Assembly (NCBI GenBank): GCA_047967505.1
Contig: CM106538.1
Reading direction: 5' to 3' (one strand)
DNA length: 64,000 nt
From: Dipteris shenzhenensis
Lineage: Eukaryota
Part shown: in pieces, positions 24,790-37,400 of the stretch
How the letters are laid out: each line of letters opens with the position of its first letter
Numbering within the stretch: the stretch's first letter is position 1
Translations under genes and position numbers: made by a program
The notes under the pieces: model-generated
Told to the model about the DNA's origin: nothing
The model's input: the letters and a program-made list of their open reading frames with translations, nothing else
Databases searched by the model: none

Positions 24790-25340
24790 TTGTGACTAGC
24801 AAAAAGACGTTCTATATGTACAACAACAAACCAATTCCCAATGCTATGGAGACAGGATTGAAATTGGATGTCGATGTGAATGAGCCAAAAGAGATGCCAC
24901 TTTGTCCATGCAGCTCGTGGGAAACTTGATTTTGGTGTAACATTTCATAAGCAATGAGTTGTGTCATTCTGTATATTGATGATTGCACATCCTAAGGCCA
25001 CCCATTGGCAAGTAGCCACAAGAATCCTTGGGTATATCAAAGATACAATATATTTGGAATTCTTTAGTGGCGACACAAGAGAGTGCGGTCCTCATTCATT
25101 GAACAATCAATCATGCATCACTTTTGTGAAACATCATATGCATCATTCCAAGACTAAGCATTGATATTAAATATCATTTCATCAGTGAAAAGCTGAAAAA
25201 TCAGCAAGTCCAAACGATTTATTACTCTACCAAGGACGATCCAACAAACATATTCATAAGGCTTTACGAAAGGACAGATATTCCCTTTGGAGGAATCTCC
25301 TTGGCATAGAGGATAACGTGTTTCTTCAAAAGGGGATTGA
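24790..25340 (+). mobile_element. Decayed Copia RT/RNase H remnant
   Basis: PKATHWQVATRILGYIKDT and NNQSCI...HSKTKHIDIKYHFI. A PPT-like AAAAGGGGA near 25328 precedes a probable LTR. Confidence 0.75.
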
Positions 25341-25939
25341 TGATGCAAGAGAGGATGCAATCAGCCCTTTGGAGACTAGCATGAAATATATGCTTGAGAA
25401 GTTTGGGTTGGATCAATCTCACATTGAGAATGCATGAAGAGTGGGAAAGCAGACAATCCCTCGAGAAGCCATTGATCATCAAGCTTAAGCATGCCAAAGC
25501 AACATGAAGTCCTAACGAAGAGAAGAACCCCAAATTTTGTCAAAGAAGAGCTCACACAACTATAGATTGAGACCGGAAGGAGGGCATCAAAAGGGTGATG
25601 GAGGCAAGATAGGTTCATCATCCAAAAGTGAAAGCCCCACTGGACTTTATGTTTCTAACCGAGCACTTTTGTCGAGACTTTCTGAGAGAAAGAGCTCATA
25701 CATAGTATACATGTATGCGCATCATAGCCCAAAGCCTAAAGACCTCATACATAGTATACACGTATGAACATTTGAGCCCAAATGCAGGGCTCCTATAGTA
25801 CATGGGTGCACAAGGCAAAGTGGCAAACCATTTTTGCCCACACGTCACATTCAGAGGTACAAATGAGCATGCTTGTTACATGTGGATCCAAGTCAAGAGG
25901 CCCCATCCATAGATGTGTACATTGTGGCCTGTTACTTTT

Positions 25940-26212
25940 CTCCACAGACACCCGATTATGCTAGAATGACCTCGAGGAGGGACAGGTCTCACCATTTTTT
26001 ACTCTATCAGGACATCCATAGATACATGCAGTAGGGAGACGGCTTACTCATAAGAGACGTCAATGCCAAGACCACATACAGTGGCACTGTGCACGCATGC
26101 AGCTCGTTAAAATCACTAATTTCCTTCCCTAGTTTTTAAGGTAACTGATTTTTATTAGTTTCGTAGACCCTTCGGTCTTTCAAAGACGTCAATTAAATTT
26201 CTTCCTTTCTTT
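25940..26212 (+). mobile_element. RTEX-type 3' terminal fragment
   Basis: TAGACCCTTCGGTCTTTCAAAGAC 3' motif followed by a TTTC-rich tail. Confidence 0.6.
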
Positions 26213-27335
26213 CCCACAGGGGACCTTGTGAGTCTAGATCTGAGTCAGATGACTAATGGTGGAAAGGGTAGCACATTTCTGCTCAAAGGAGTCGATGAAC
26301 TATTGATATCCTTCTAATCGTGAAGTGAAAAGACAGTTTTATATCTGCCTAATCTCATAGTATCTGAGATATCCGATCAAAACATCTCTGCTGCTACCTC
26401 TTGTGTGTCACAAAGGGTAGGTCTCTACAATGATATATGCTACAATGCATTGCTTTAGAATCCGTCGGATGCAGTTCTTAACTAGTAATCTGTACTACTT
26501 GAGAGGTTGTAAACCTGTCATCAGTATAATCTTGGATGACGTGATGACCTCTTGCTACGTGAGATGAAGGGGGTGTTTGGTTAGTATTGATATGGGGGTA
26601 TGTGATTGATTGACATGCTCTGTGACTCGAACCATCTAGTGGCGCGTGTGTACCAACACTGCACATCCCCCTTAGATGCAAGCTGCATGGAATATGAGAC
26701 AGCTATTACCCATGTCTGTCAAGCGGTGCTGCCTAATTATGTCCAAGTATGTGGTGATTTGGAATGAGGCATCCTTGTGGAGGGGTATCGCTGTGAAATC
26801 AGCCAAAATAATGTCATGTAGAGTGCATCTCTTCCCAAGATTTATGCGAGATAGCAGCACCTGTAATTTCTCAAAGCTAGTCCACTCATTCTCTCTATGG
26901 TCTACTGCGCAAAAGGCACTTGCATATAGAGTAGCTGGTCGAACTAGAGAGTCAAAAGGAGGGACTTCATGTTCACGTCTTGGAAGTGTGCTTGGAAGCA
27001 TTCTCTCTCCGATATCAACAACGATGTATGCCCTATAGTCAAGCATTCTTGAGCTTCTAGTTTCATGGTAAGGTTTGGACTCCTGAAAATGCTTCCCAAG
27101 TATACATGAGATCGTACGATCTCAGTTTGTTTTCCTGCGAGAGTGAAACCCTCAAGCTGAAGTTGAGCCTCATTGGTATCAAGATAATTACCTTGGTTTT
27201 ATTCAGCTTGGGCCTCCATATCCCAACTCTCACGAAAGGTCTGCAAAGCTATCAAATGCATCTGTAGTCCCTCTGCTACGTTTGAGATTAACACCACATC
27301 ATTAGCATAAAAGCAAGATTGGTATGAGGATCTGT

Positions 27336-29809
27336 TGTTGAAGAAGTGAAAGGAAAGCATGAAGCTGAACATGAAACAAGAGAATGCATATAGAATGAAG
27401 AAGGGTGAGGTCCATATGTAGGCACCTCTACATGAGCCACCAAGCTCCACAATCATCTCCTCAATCAGCTCCTAGAATCTCTCAATCATCCTATGTGGCA
27501 TCTACCACCACCTAACAGTGCTTATGGGCACCTAACTGTGCCTCTAGCACACCTCAGGCTATGTCAAGGATATATCTAGTCTCATAGTTTCTCATGCCAT
27601 CTCATGGTGGTCAAGGATAAATCTATGGCTAGGATCTCATGCTAGCAAGGGTTCCCAAGGGTGTGAAGTAAACAAAGGGATACATAAGACCCCCCAATGG
27701 TTATCTCCCCTGCATGTACATGCACACAATGTCTGCAGGAGGTACCATGGAGTTAAACACATACACATGGCCTACACCATATGGTGACCAGAGGTGTTGA
27801 CAAAACACAATAGTTTATTCCATTCATTTTGGAGGACTATCCATGCAGAGTACCTTGACTCAACATAAAAGAGAGATCTGGAGCATATGTGGAGCTAGTT
27901 CAAAAAGCATAATCATCATAGGAGGCCTCATTTTGTGGAGGCACATCAATTGAAAGTAAATTGGCAGTTTCTGGTTTTGTAGTTGCTTCCTTTTTGGCCT
28001 TACAAAACTTTTCATGGTGATTGTTTTTGCCACAATATTTGCAAGGATTGATCTTGAAGCAATCTTTTGAGAGGTGATTAGTCTTCCCACAATGTTTGCA
28101 AGGTTGAAACTTGCCCATTTGAGTTTTTATGGCATAGGCTATGTCACTGCCTCTCCGGAGTTCCTTGTGCCTTTCTTCTTCTTGAAGGGCAGTAATAAGA
28201 CCTTCAAGAGTAGGATTAGGAAGATTTTTCAATGTGGTAACAACATGATCATAATCTTCAGGCATACTTTTAAGCAATACTGCCATTGCATCATCTGTAG
28301 TGATTGGAGAGTTGATAGAAGCAAGTTGAGTCATGAGACTCCGCATGTGATTGACATGGGCAGCCAAGGGAGTGCCACTAGCCATCTTCAATTCAAAGAA
28401 AGCAATCTTAAGTGACAATTTTGAGATGTGAGAGCTAGCACCAAAAAGAATATCAAGCTTTTGCCAAGCTTCAAAAGGAGACTCCAAATCAGAAATGTGA
28501 TGAATATAGTCATCTCCTAAGCCAAGAGCAATAATGCCATAGGCTTTCTCCTCTCTAGCAGGATCTCGAACCGGGCGTGTAGGAGCTGAGGATTCTCCAG
28601 CATTAGAGGCTGTTGAAGAAGAAGTTGAAGCAGGTTTGACAAGCCCCCGGAGGTTTTCCCTCATCAATGCAAACTTAACTTTCATCTGCCATGTGTGAAA
28701 GCCTTTACCATTGAACTTATCAATATTCAAGAAGGTAGCCATGAGAGGGTCTAACCCAAAATGGGCAGTGTCTACTCTCTTACAAGGCTAGAAAAAGTTG
28801 AAAAGCTTCAAAGTACAAGCATTTGGTGTAGCAAAGACTTGTAACCAAATTCCATAAAAATCATAATGAAAATGATACTTCAACTTGCATGCTTCATAGA
28901 GGCGGCTAAATGAAAGTATTCCAAGTAAATCCAGGTATAGCAACCTAAAGGAAAGTTGTAGCCACAATTGTACTGATGCTATTCAACACTTTAAAACATC
29001 AGAAATGCCAAAGTAGCATCTAATGTAGCACCAAACTCACAACATTGTCAAAACTGTCCAAAACAGAGGCCTGATCTTGGAGGGCTTGTATCTCACTCTT
29101 CAAGGCAAAGAAAAGAGGGCTTTATAGGTAGAAATAAAGCTGGTATACCAGAGAAAAGCCACTGAAGAGGAAAGGCGAAATGCCGCGTCACGTCGCCATA
29201 GCTAGGAGCTTGATTATCGACTGGTTTTTTGTCTGTTTCTCCTCAAATGCTTAACCAAACGAGCTCAAACTTCATCAGCAGCTTGCTTGTAGTGTCGCCC
29301 AACTCGTGCTCAGAGGAATTTGGAAATGAGTGAGCATAGAGGCGGCATTACACGATACATCGGCGGACTGTTTTCTTGTTGGCACAGGCGATGGAGGCAC
29401 AATTTCGCAACAAGCTTCGAGCTGAAGGTGTGCCCTACAGAGATTGTTCTACAGCACAAAGGGCTTGGAGAATGGTGAAACGACGAGGGAGAACAAGCTC
29501 TCACAAATTTGGGAAAGAAATGGTGAAGATGAAGAAGAAGAAGAAGATGATGACATGGCATAAATGGGCTCAAGGAGGATCATAGTGCTCTGATACCATG
29601 TTGAAGAAGTGAAAGGAAAGCATGAAGCTGAACATGAAACAAGAGAATGCGTATAGAATGAAGAAGGGTGAGGTCCATATGTAGGCACCTCTACATGAGC
29701 CACCAAGCTCCACAATCATCTCCTCAATCAGCTCCTAGAATCTCTCAATCAGCACACACACATAGAACCCAAGGTGTGCCTGGGGCATATACCTTGAGAT
29801 ATCCCAATA
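27336..29809 (-). mobile_element. Gag-only non-autonomous Copia-type LTR retrotransposon, element 2
   Basis: TSD TCTGT (27331-27335, 29810-29814). 5' LTR 29599-29809 with iMet PBS at 29587-29598. The other LTR matches only over 27336-27488. No pol. Confidence 0.9.
27900..28742 (-). CDS. Intact Copia-type Gag, 280 aa, two CCHC zinc knuckles
   Basis: KFNGKGFHTWQMKVKFALMRENL, KAYGIIALGLGDDYIHHI, CKHCGKTNHLSKDC and CKYCGKNNHHEKFC. Ends YDDYAF*. Confidence 0.92.
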   Translation of the reverse strand: MATFLNIDKFNGKGFHTWQMKVKFALMRENLRGLVKPASTSSSTASNAGESSAPTRPVRDPAREEKAYGIIALGLGDDYIHHISDLESPFEAWQKLDILFGASSHISKLSLKIAFFELKMASGTPLAAHVNHMRSLMTQLASINSPITTDDAMAVLLKSMPEDYDHVVTTLKNLPNPTLEGLITALQEEERHKELRRGSDIAYAIKTQMGKFQPCKHCGKTNHLSKDCFKINPCKYCGKNNHHEKFCKAKKEATTKPETANLLSIDVPPQNEASYDDYAF

Positions 29810-32800
29810 TCTGTGCCAAGGTGGATCCAGGACCATCTAGTGTGCTCACAAAATAAGCCAGTTTGTCAATGTAGAGACCGAAGAGGGATGGATATAAGGG
29901 GCATGCCTATTTCAACCTAATGGTGTTGCTCCTCCGACAATCTATGGTGAGCACTCAGCCTGTGACTCATATGAAGCCACAGTCACCCACCTACCACTCT
30001 AATCTATGCGATGAGGCACAAGCCCATGCTACTAAGATAAAGGCCTTTCGAAAATCCACTAAGGAGGAGTATACTCTTTATTTCCAGTGTCTGGCTTCCT
30101 CTATGATAGCTCTGAGGGTGAAGATGTGGTCCAGTGTGGACCAATCTTGTCTAAAACCTTCTTGCCTAATCACTAACGTGTTGTTGCTCTTTTCATACTT
30201 ACTGATTTTTCTCCATAGGTGACCTGTATACCTTGGCCATAAGTGGCCAACCATGACAGTCCAATAGTTGCATGCATCCATTGGACCCCCATCATTGTGA
30301 ATGGATATGATAGTGTTGGAGGAAAAGCCTTTGTAAAAGGCATCATTGAATACCTTGGCTTGTATTGGAACAAGGCCCCACCTATGAGTTATAAGTTATA
30401 CTTGAAGGCCCTCCTGATTCTAGGCCTTTTCGTTCTGCAACTTATTGATGGTTCTTTTTATCAAGCTATGTTAAAGGCCGTAGAAGTGGTGGGATGAGGA
30501 AGTCGTCTAGATTAGGCATGGGTTGATTAGGGATGTCATACAATGTATGTGCATAGGATTCCCAAAGACCAGGTCTTCAATAAAACATGGTAATCTCCTT
30601 TCTAGGAGTTTCCTTGGGAATTGTTGCTATACATGATCCTTGAGAGCTCTTGTTCGTGGCTGAAAGGAACTATTGTTTACCAAGCATGGGGTAATAGTGT
30701 TGGTTAAGTGCTTTGCATTCATCATCGTTTCAACAATTTTGGGGACAGACTCTTTGAATGATTTTCTCACAGTTTTGAATGCGTTGTGCTACAACATTGA
30801 TGGATCTAGCGAGGAGGGTATTGATATCTCTGTCTACTTGGTGGTCTATGTGCTCTAGGAGGGGTGGAGAGATAGCTACCATAGATGTGGTCTAGGGAGT
30901 GATCAAAGTCGTATTGGTGATATGTGAATGACGTAGACGTGTGTGTCTTGTCAAATCGAAGGATAGATGTGAGTACTCCTACCCTAAGGGAGTGAGCTAT
31001 GAGATTAATAAATGTGATGTGAAGGCAAGGGATCCCATCTATGTGGTCCACTCATGAGGCTCTCAGGTGCGCATGGATCCAATATCTCCCATACTATGTG
31101 GCTATGGATCTGGTGTGTATGTTTGGCATCCTCTTATGAATCCAAAGATATTTGCTTATGTAACCGAGCCTGGGTATCTCTGAATCGTATCACTAGGGGT
31201 CATGTCCTACACGCCAAGGCCCCTGAATGCCATGTTTGGGCACCCCAAAGGTGGAGATCACAAAAGTAGTAGCATCTGTGACAACGGAGGGGTGTGGGGA
31301 ATCCCACGAACTCTAATGTTGAGAGCCTTACTAGCTCTCTACTACCACTCAAGTAAGGTGGTGGAAACAGTTCCCTTTGCAGGCTCTCGTCTCACGACAT
31401 CCACCCACTTGGAGGCCCCCTCAATAGTAAACTACATTGTGGCAATCCATTCCTCTACAGCAAGGCTGCTCCCTGGGGTCAAATCTGCTCGACAATGAAG
31501 GTCATCTACCTCCTTTGAGACATCAAAGGCCCCCACTTAGGATCATGACGAAGTCACACCAGAGGCTATCTATCTATACCTACTACTCTTGAGCGCAAAT
31601 GTGGTGCATCTTTGTGGAAGCTGCTGTAAGAGATTTTGGAGGTCAGGGGCTACTGTGGTGAGTATCCGTACAGCATGGAGGTGGATGGAAAAGGGCGAGC
31701 TAGAGAAAACCCAATCAAGGTGGAGTTCAGTACGGCATGGGTTCTAAGAAGAATAGGAATTGGGGGGGAGAGAATGCACTACATGAGGAGGACAGTGTCG
31801 GAGAATGAGATGAGTCAGGGAGGAATCGTCAGAGGGGCCCAAGGCTCAAAGAAGCTCCAAAGGGGGGGAGGCTGAGGTAGAGCCATGTCAGCATGTGGCA
31901 GTCCTATCCGCCTGATTCTCACTACCAGTCCTCGCGTTGAGATCGCCTTTGGTACACTCTGTAGCCTTTCCCTTTTCCTTGTCCTTCTTGTCCCTGTATT
32001 TTTCTTCCCTTATGATTCTCCATTTTTCAGGCCATGTAAAGCAAAGCGGAGAGTGCCCACGTATCCGGCGCTCTAATGTCTCAGCGCACCATCTCCCACA
32101 CCATTCCTGTGGGGCCCAAGAGGAGGAAGGATGCAGCAAGGAGAGGGCAGCGAGGGAAACTGCAAGGAGTAGTCGCAACAAAACTTGTTTCTTTGTGAAA
32201 AAAAGGTTTCTTTCACAAAGAAACATGTGCGGATTATTGTAGATAAGGTTTTAGGGGTTTTTCAAAGCCTTGACGATTCGCGTGCCCTGGCATGTATTGT
32301 CGGCTGAATGATAAATCTGATGGCTCGCTGGCTGCTGATCATTTATGGTCTTTATTGCTCAATGGTACTTGTCTTTGCTATTGTTGACCATTGTTTGCTG
32401 AATGATAAATCTGATGGTTGGCTGGCTGCTAATCATTTCTGATCTTTACATTATTGGTCAATGTTCATGCAAGTGGCTGATACTTACTCATTATTTGGAT
32501 TTCTTGTTGGATAATGGATTTCATGGGCCAAGGCCATTGACATTTGTGAGCTCAGGAGCTAGAAATACAATACATATTTCATACTTTAATGCTGTGAATG
32601 TCATTGGCAAGGGTAGTATTTATAGGAAATTCTACATGTTTAGCATCTACCATATATATGTGGGACATATTATATGCATTTCGGCACCAGAGAGTACAAC
32701 CACGCATTTCAAAACTTTTTTTTTTTTTGAAACTTTTCATGTTTCTACCTTTCGAAATGTTTTTTGTGACTGCAGTTCAGAGCAAGGGCTGCTACATGAA

Positions 32801-34463
32801 GGAAACAAGGCTTGACAAGCAGTAGATGATCATTGACTTCGTCACAAGACAAGAAATGACTAGGGGGCACTAGGACTGTGCCCCTGAGTTCCAAATAGGC
32901 CACGTCAATAGGAGACTGAATACAAGACCCAAAAGCGCGTGCCCCATCTCTGGTATCATCATTGCTGCGTCTCAGCATGAAGCCGCCTCATGTCGCCCCC
33001 AGTACACCCCTAAGTGAGTGATGCCAGCACAAATCTCGGATATGTTCCAAAGATAGCATGATTCCCAATGGGACCCTCGAAATGCATGAGGGGATTGTCA
33101 ATCCACTAGCAAACACCAATGATAATCTCAAAAACATGGAAACATGCCCATTTCTTAACAATATGGCATCATTGCTTTCTGTTCAATATAATCTCTTGTT
33201 TTAGTAAGGGATCGAACCCAAAACCCCAAATTCGACCAAAAACCAAACATCGAAAAAATTCAACATTTGTTTTTCATATTAAAATCCAATTTAGGGATCA
33301 ACTGTTAGATATAAGCACATGATCATGCGCAATGTTAGAAATTATCGCACTGAGAAAACTTCTCACACATAGGTTTTCCTTTACAGGTTATTTGCATCAT
33401 TTAGGACACGGGAGGAGAGAGTACTCTACAAGGTTGCAGAAGGTTGAAGACTAGTTAGTTTGACACGGAAAGAGCCAATTGAGGATGCTATTCTTCACAC
33501 AATCTGAGTGGTTGGCCTCAATGATGGCCAATGGTGGGTAGATCCTCATTCCTTGCTTGTCTTTGGCATCTTTGGCTCTATGGTCGATGCCTGCTCCAAC
33601 ACTCACCATGGGACCCTAGAGAGTGGCAAAATCAGATGCGGCAGCTCCCTAGAAATCACTATCCTTCTTTGACTACACAATCAGGAATGCTAGGCGACGC
33701 CAACTTTAGAGCCTAAAAGGGCGAGCACACTAGGAGACCTATGGCATCACCTTGCCCATGAAAATCCATTTTTGGAGACAATTTTAGAGATCTACCGAAA
33801 GACATATTTTCATGTTTTTCGAGCTCTTCACGCACGTTGGACACCTAGTCAACACCTGGAGACAAACTCTCGATGCAAATCCCAAAAGCCCGTGATGCTT
33901 CAAAGCCTTTGAGCCCTTTCAGCATTGCATTTGGGTTGCAAAAAGGCCTAAAGGGTCTGACAGGGCATTCGCACATTTCTCTGCCAGAATGAGGAGAGGC
34001 ACTTGTTACATCATTTGGGGATCTGTGGCCTGGCTCATACAAAGGTCCCCAGATTTTCTATGGAGCAGATTCAAATAGGGCCATTCTCGCCACCAAAGGA
34101 GTCCCATTGCTTATCGCTCTAGATGCAGTGCATGTTCTTTGCATAGACCTCAGTCTCCTTCTAAAGACTTGGCTTGGGCAATCATTGCCAGTCTCACTGC
34201 ATGGCAGATTTGGAGATCCAAATGCACAGAGGCCTTAGATGGGACTTGGACTTTTGTCTTTCAGTCATTCTCAGTGACCAGGGCAGGATATATTGTACCC
34301 ACCCTGATGGACGACTTCAGCAAGATCCAGTGCTCCTCGCATTATGTATCGGCCAAAAAAGCTTGTTTCAGGAAAGAGTGGTATCATGGTTTATTCTTCA
34401 TGTATACACCCATAGAGCCTTCATGCCAAATCCACTCTCCAGATTGGTTACGACAGCATCATT

Positions 34464-37400
34464 TGTCGCAAACTCTGATTCAAACTTACGAAACTCTTTC
34501 CTGCGTTCATACAAGTCACGTCTCTTCTCCTTTTTCTGTTAGCACAATCACGGGCGATGGCCTTCAAATTTTCCTCCCAGCCAATTCTCAGGGACCTGAT
34601 GCGTCATATTACGTATATATCCATCGTTATTTTCCATTATCCTTGTTCCTGAGACCCTCAATTCCCTAGATAGTTCTCCTTGCCAAATGTCAACATTTTG
34701 GCCTCTCCACTTGGTGCACCATTTTACCCCTCTCTTGGGGCACATTAAAATCCACTTGCCCCTTGGCATTATTGCACATTTAGGTGCACCTAGGCCTTAG
34801 CACTCAGAACTATCTAGTCAATGCCATTCCGCCCTCACCTAGGACCTTGGCAGTTACTTCTCTTGACCATTTTAATTACGCACATTAACTATTACAAAAG
34901 TTGGTCATCTAAGAGAAAATGCCCACCGATCTATCCGAGGTCATGCTATCTCGGCTAGAGCATAACATTCCTTCCCTCTTCAAGCATCAGCATCCTCGAT
35001 GATGAAATCTGGGAACGCTCTCCGTAACTGGTATACGGATTCCCAGGTAGCTTCCGATAGAGGCTGACCATGCCATGCAACCAACACCGTGGGTATCTTC
35101 CGATTTCGTATCTGCATTGTTCCTCGGTCCAGGATTCTTGTTGGTTTGCGCCTTGCAATATCCTCTATCTCCTGAAACAAAACCACACCTTCGATTAGTG
35201 AGTCACCTGTATGCAAAAATTTCTTTAAGCGCAAAACATGAAAAACCGGGTGCACCTTACACCCCTGTGGCAATTCTAATTTATAGGCTACACTGCCTAT
35301 TCTCTTTAGAATTAACCACGGCCCACAGTATCGAGGTGATAACTTAGCACACTCTCCTCAAGTCAACGACTTCGAGTGCGAAGATATTCTGAGAAAAACT
35401 TTCTCCTTCTTCAAATACTCTTATAGACCGATTTTCATCCGCATACACCTTGGCTCTATCCATAGCCTGGCGGATATTAGCTCTCGCAAGTGCTAGCATC
35501 TCCCGCATCTGAACTACAAAGTTCGCGGCACTAGGCACTTTCTGAGGTACTCCAACTATAGTCGGATTGGCTGGTCTATAACCATAGTTCAGCTCAAACG
35601 GACTGAACCCGGTAGATGAATGTTTCCTATCATTGTAGGCAAACTCCAACAATGGCAACCACTTGTCCCATGTATGTTGCCTCAATGACACATATGCCCT
35701 CAGCATATCCTCTAAAGTCTGGTTGACTCTCTCCGTCTGACCATCCGTCTCAGGATGATCCCCACTACTCATTCCTAACTCAGTCCTCAGTGTCTCGAAT
35801 ACCGCTATCCAGAAATGACCGGTAAATCTGACATCTCGGTCTGACACTATGGATCTAGGTAATCCATGCAGATGAAATATATGTCTAATGAACAAATCCG
35901 CCACTTGCGGGCACTTGCGGGGCACTAACAGACTCTCTATTCGGAATGAAGTGAGTCATCTTGGTTAGACGATCAACCACCACAAGGATAGAATTGTATC
36001 CCCCTTGTGTTGCAGGTAGCCCTACAATAAAATCCATGGAAATGCTCTCCCACTTACTTAGTGGTATTTCCAAGGGCTGTAAAACTCCGGGTGGCTTCAC
36101 CCGCTCGGCCTTACTTACCTGACACGAGAAACACCGTGTCACATACTCATGAATATGCTTTTTCATCTTTGGCCAAAAGAAATCTCGCTTCACGGGATCA
36201 TAGGTCTTCTCGACTCCTGGATGTCCCGCACATGGGCTATCATGGCATTGTCGAATGACTCTCTACCTGAGATCATTCTGACCAGGTACTACAACCTTGC
36301 CATTTCTAACTAGCATACCATCCCTTATGGTATATCTTGCATAAGTTTGGCCTTTTCTGGATGCCAGGTCATCCTTTTCACTTTCCCCGGGTTTTAACAC
36401 ATGAGCCTTAGGCCATAAGCTCTGGACAAACTCGTCCATCTTCTGAGTTTCTCGGATCTCGATCATTAGAGCACTCTCTAATACCGTGAAACTCAGGTTG
36501 TGCATAATGCGAGACAACGCATCAGCTACCTTATTGTCTTTTCCTCTTCGGTACCGAATCGTTAGATTAAACTCCTGCATGAGCTCTGCCCACCTAGCTT
36601 GGCGGCCCCTCAAGTCAGGCTGTTTACAAAAATGTTTCAGAGAATCATGATCCACATCCATATAAAACTCTGAACCATACAAATAATGTCTCCATGTTTT
36701 CAAAGCATGGATAACAGCATACAACTCCAATTCATGAGTTGGCCAATTCCTTTGAGAGGGAGAAAGCTTCTTGCTTTCAAAGGCTACTGGCCTTCCCTCT
36801 TGAAGGAGGACTGCTCCTACCGCAATACCACTTGCATCGGTTTCTAGGAACAACGGTTTCTGGGGATCAACTATTTTTAACACCGGTCTTGAGACCAGAG
36901 CTTGTTTTATGGTGTTAAAACTTTCCTGTTGATTCTGTCCCCAAATAAAAGGTACTTTATCTGAGGTCAGATCAGTCAATGGCGATACTATTCCGGAATA
37001 TCCTTTGATATGCCTTCTATAAAACTGGACAAATCCCAAGAATGATCGCAGCAGCGCGGTCAGACTCTGAGGGATTGGCCAAGTTAGTATCGCAGCCACT
37101 TTCTTCGGATCCATTTCTACCCCCTGTGGAGTAATTATGAACCCTAAATACTCAAGCCTAACCATACACAGTATAGTTTTCTTTTTATTCACATAAAGAC
37201 TGGCTTTCCTCAAAGTACTGAACACTATCCTTAAGTGTTCACGATGCTCAGTAACACTTTTACTGAATATCAAGATATCGTCAATAAAATGTACTACGAA
37301 CTTTCCGATATACGGACGTAGTAAATCGTTCATAAGCATGACGAAGGTCGCTGGAGCATTGGTAAGTCCGAAGGGCATTACCAAAAACTCATAATGACCA

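Larger units (their letters stand above)
26300..31560 (-). mobile_element. Degenerate long RTEX-type LINE (ORF1 remnant to zinc finger) split by gag-only element 2
   Basis: ORF1 NIRVRGIP near 31300-31325, DHIFTLRAIIEEARH, PSLFGLYIDKL, YANDVVL and FDSLVRPATLYAS. It reads through the TCTGT target site. Confidence 0.82.

Noticed and set aside
31888-32226. 112-aa ORF with a signal-peptide-like N-terminus
   Set aside because: No recognisable domain; the hydrophobicity follows from purine-rich low-complexity sequence on the opposite strand.
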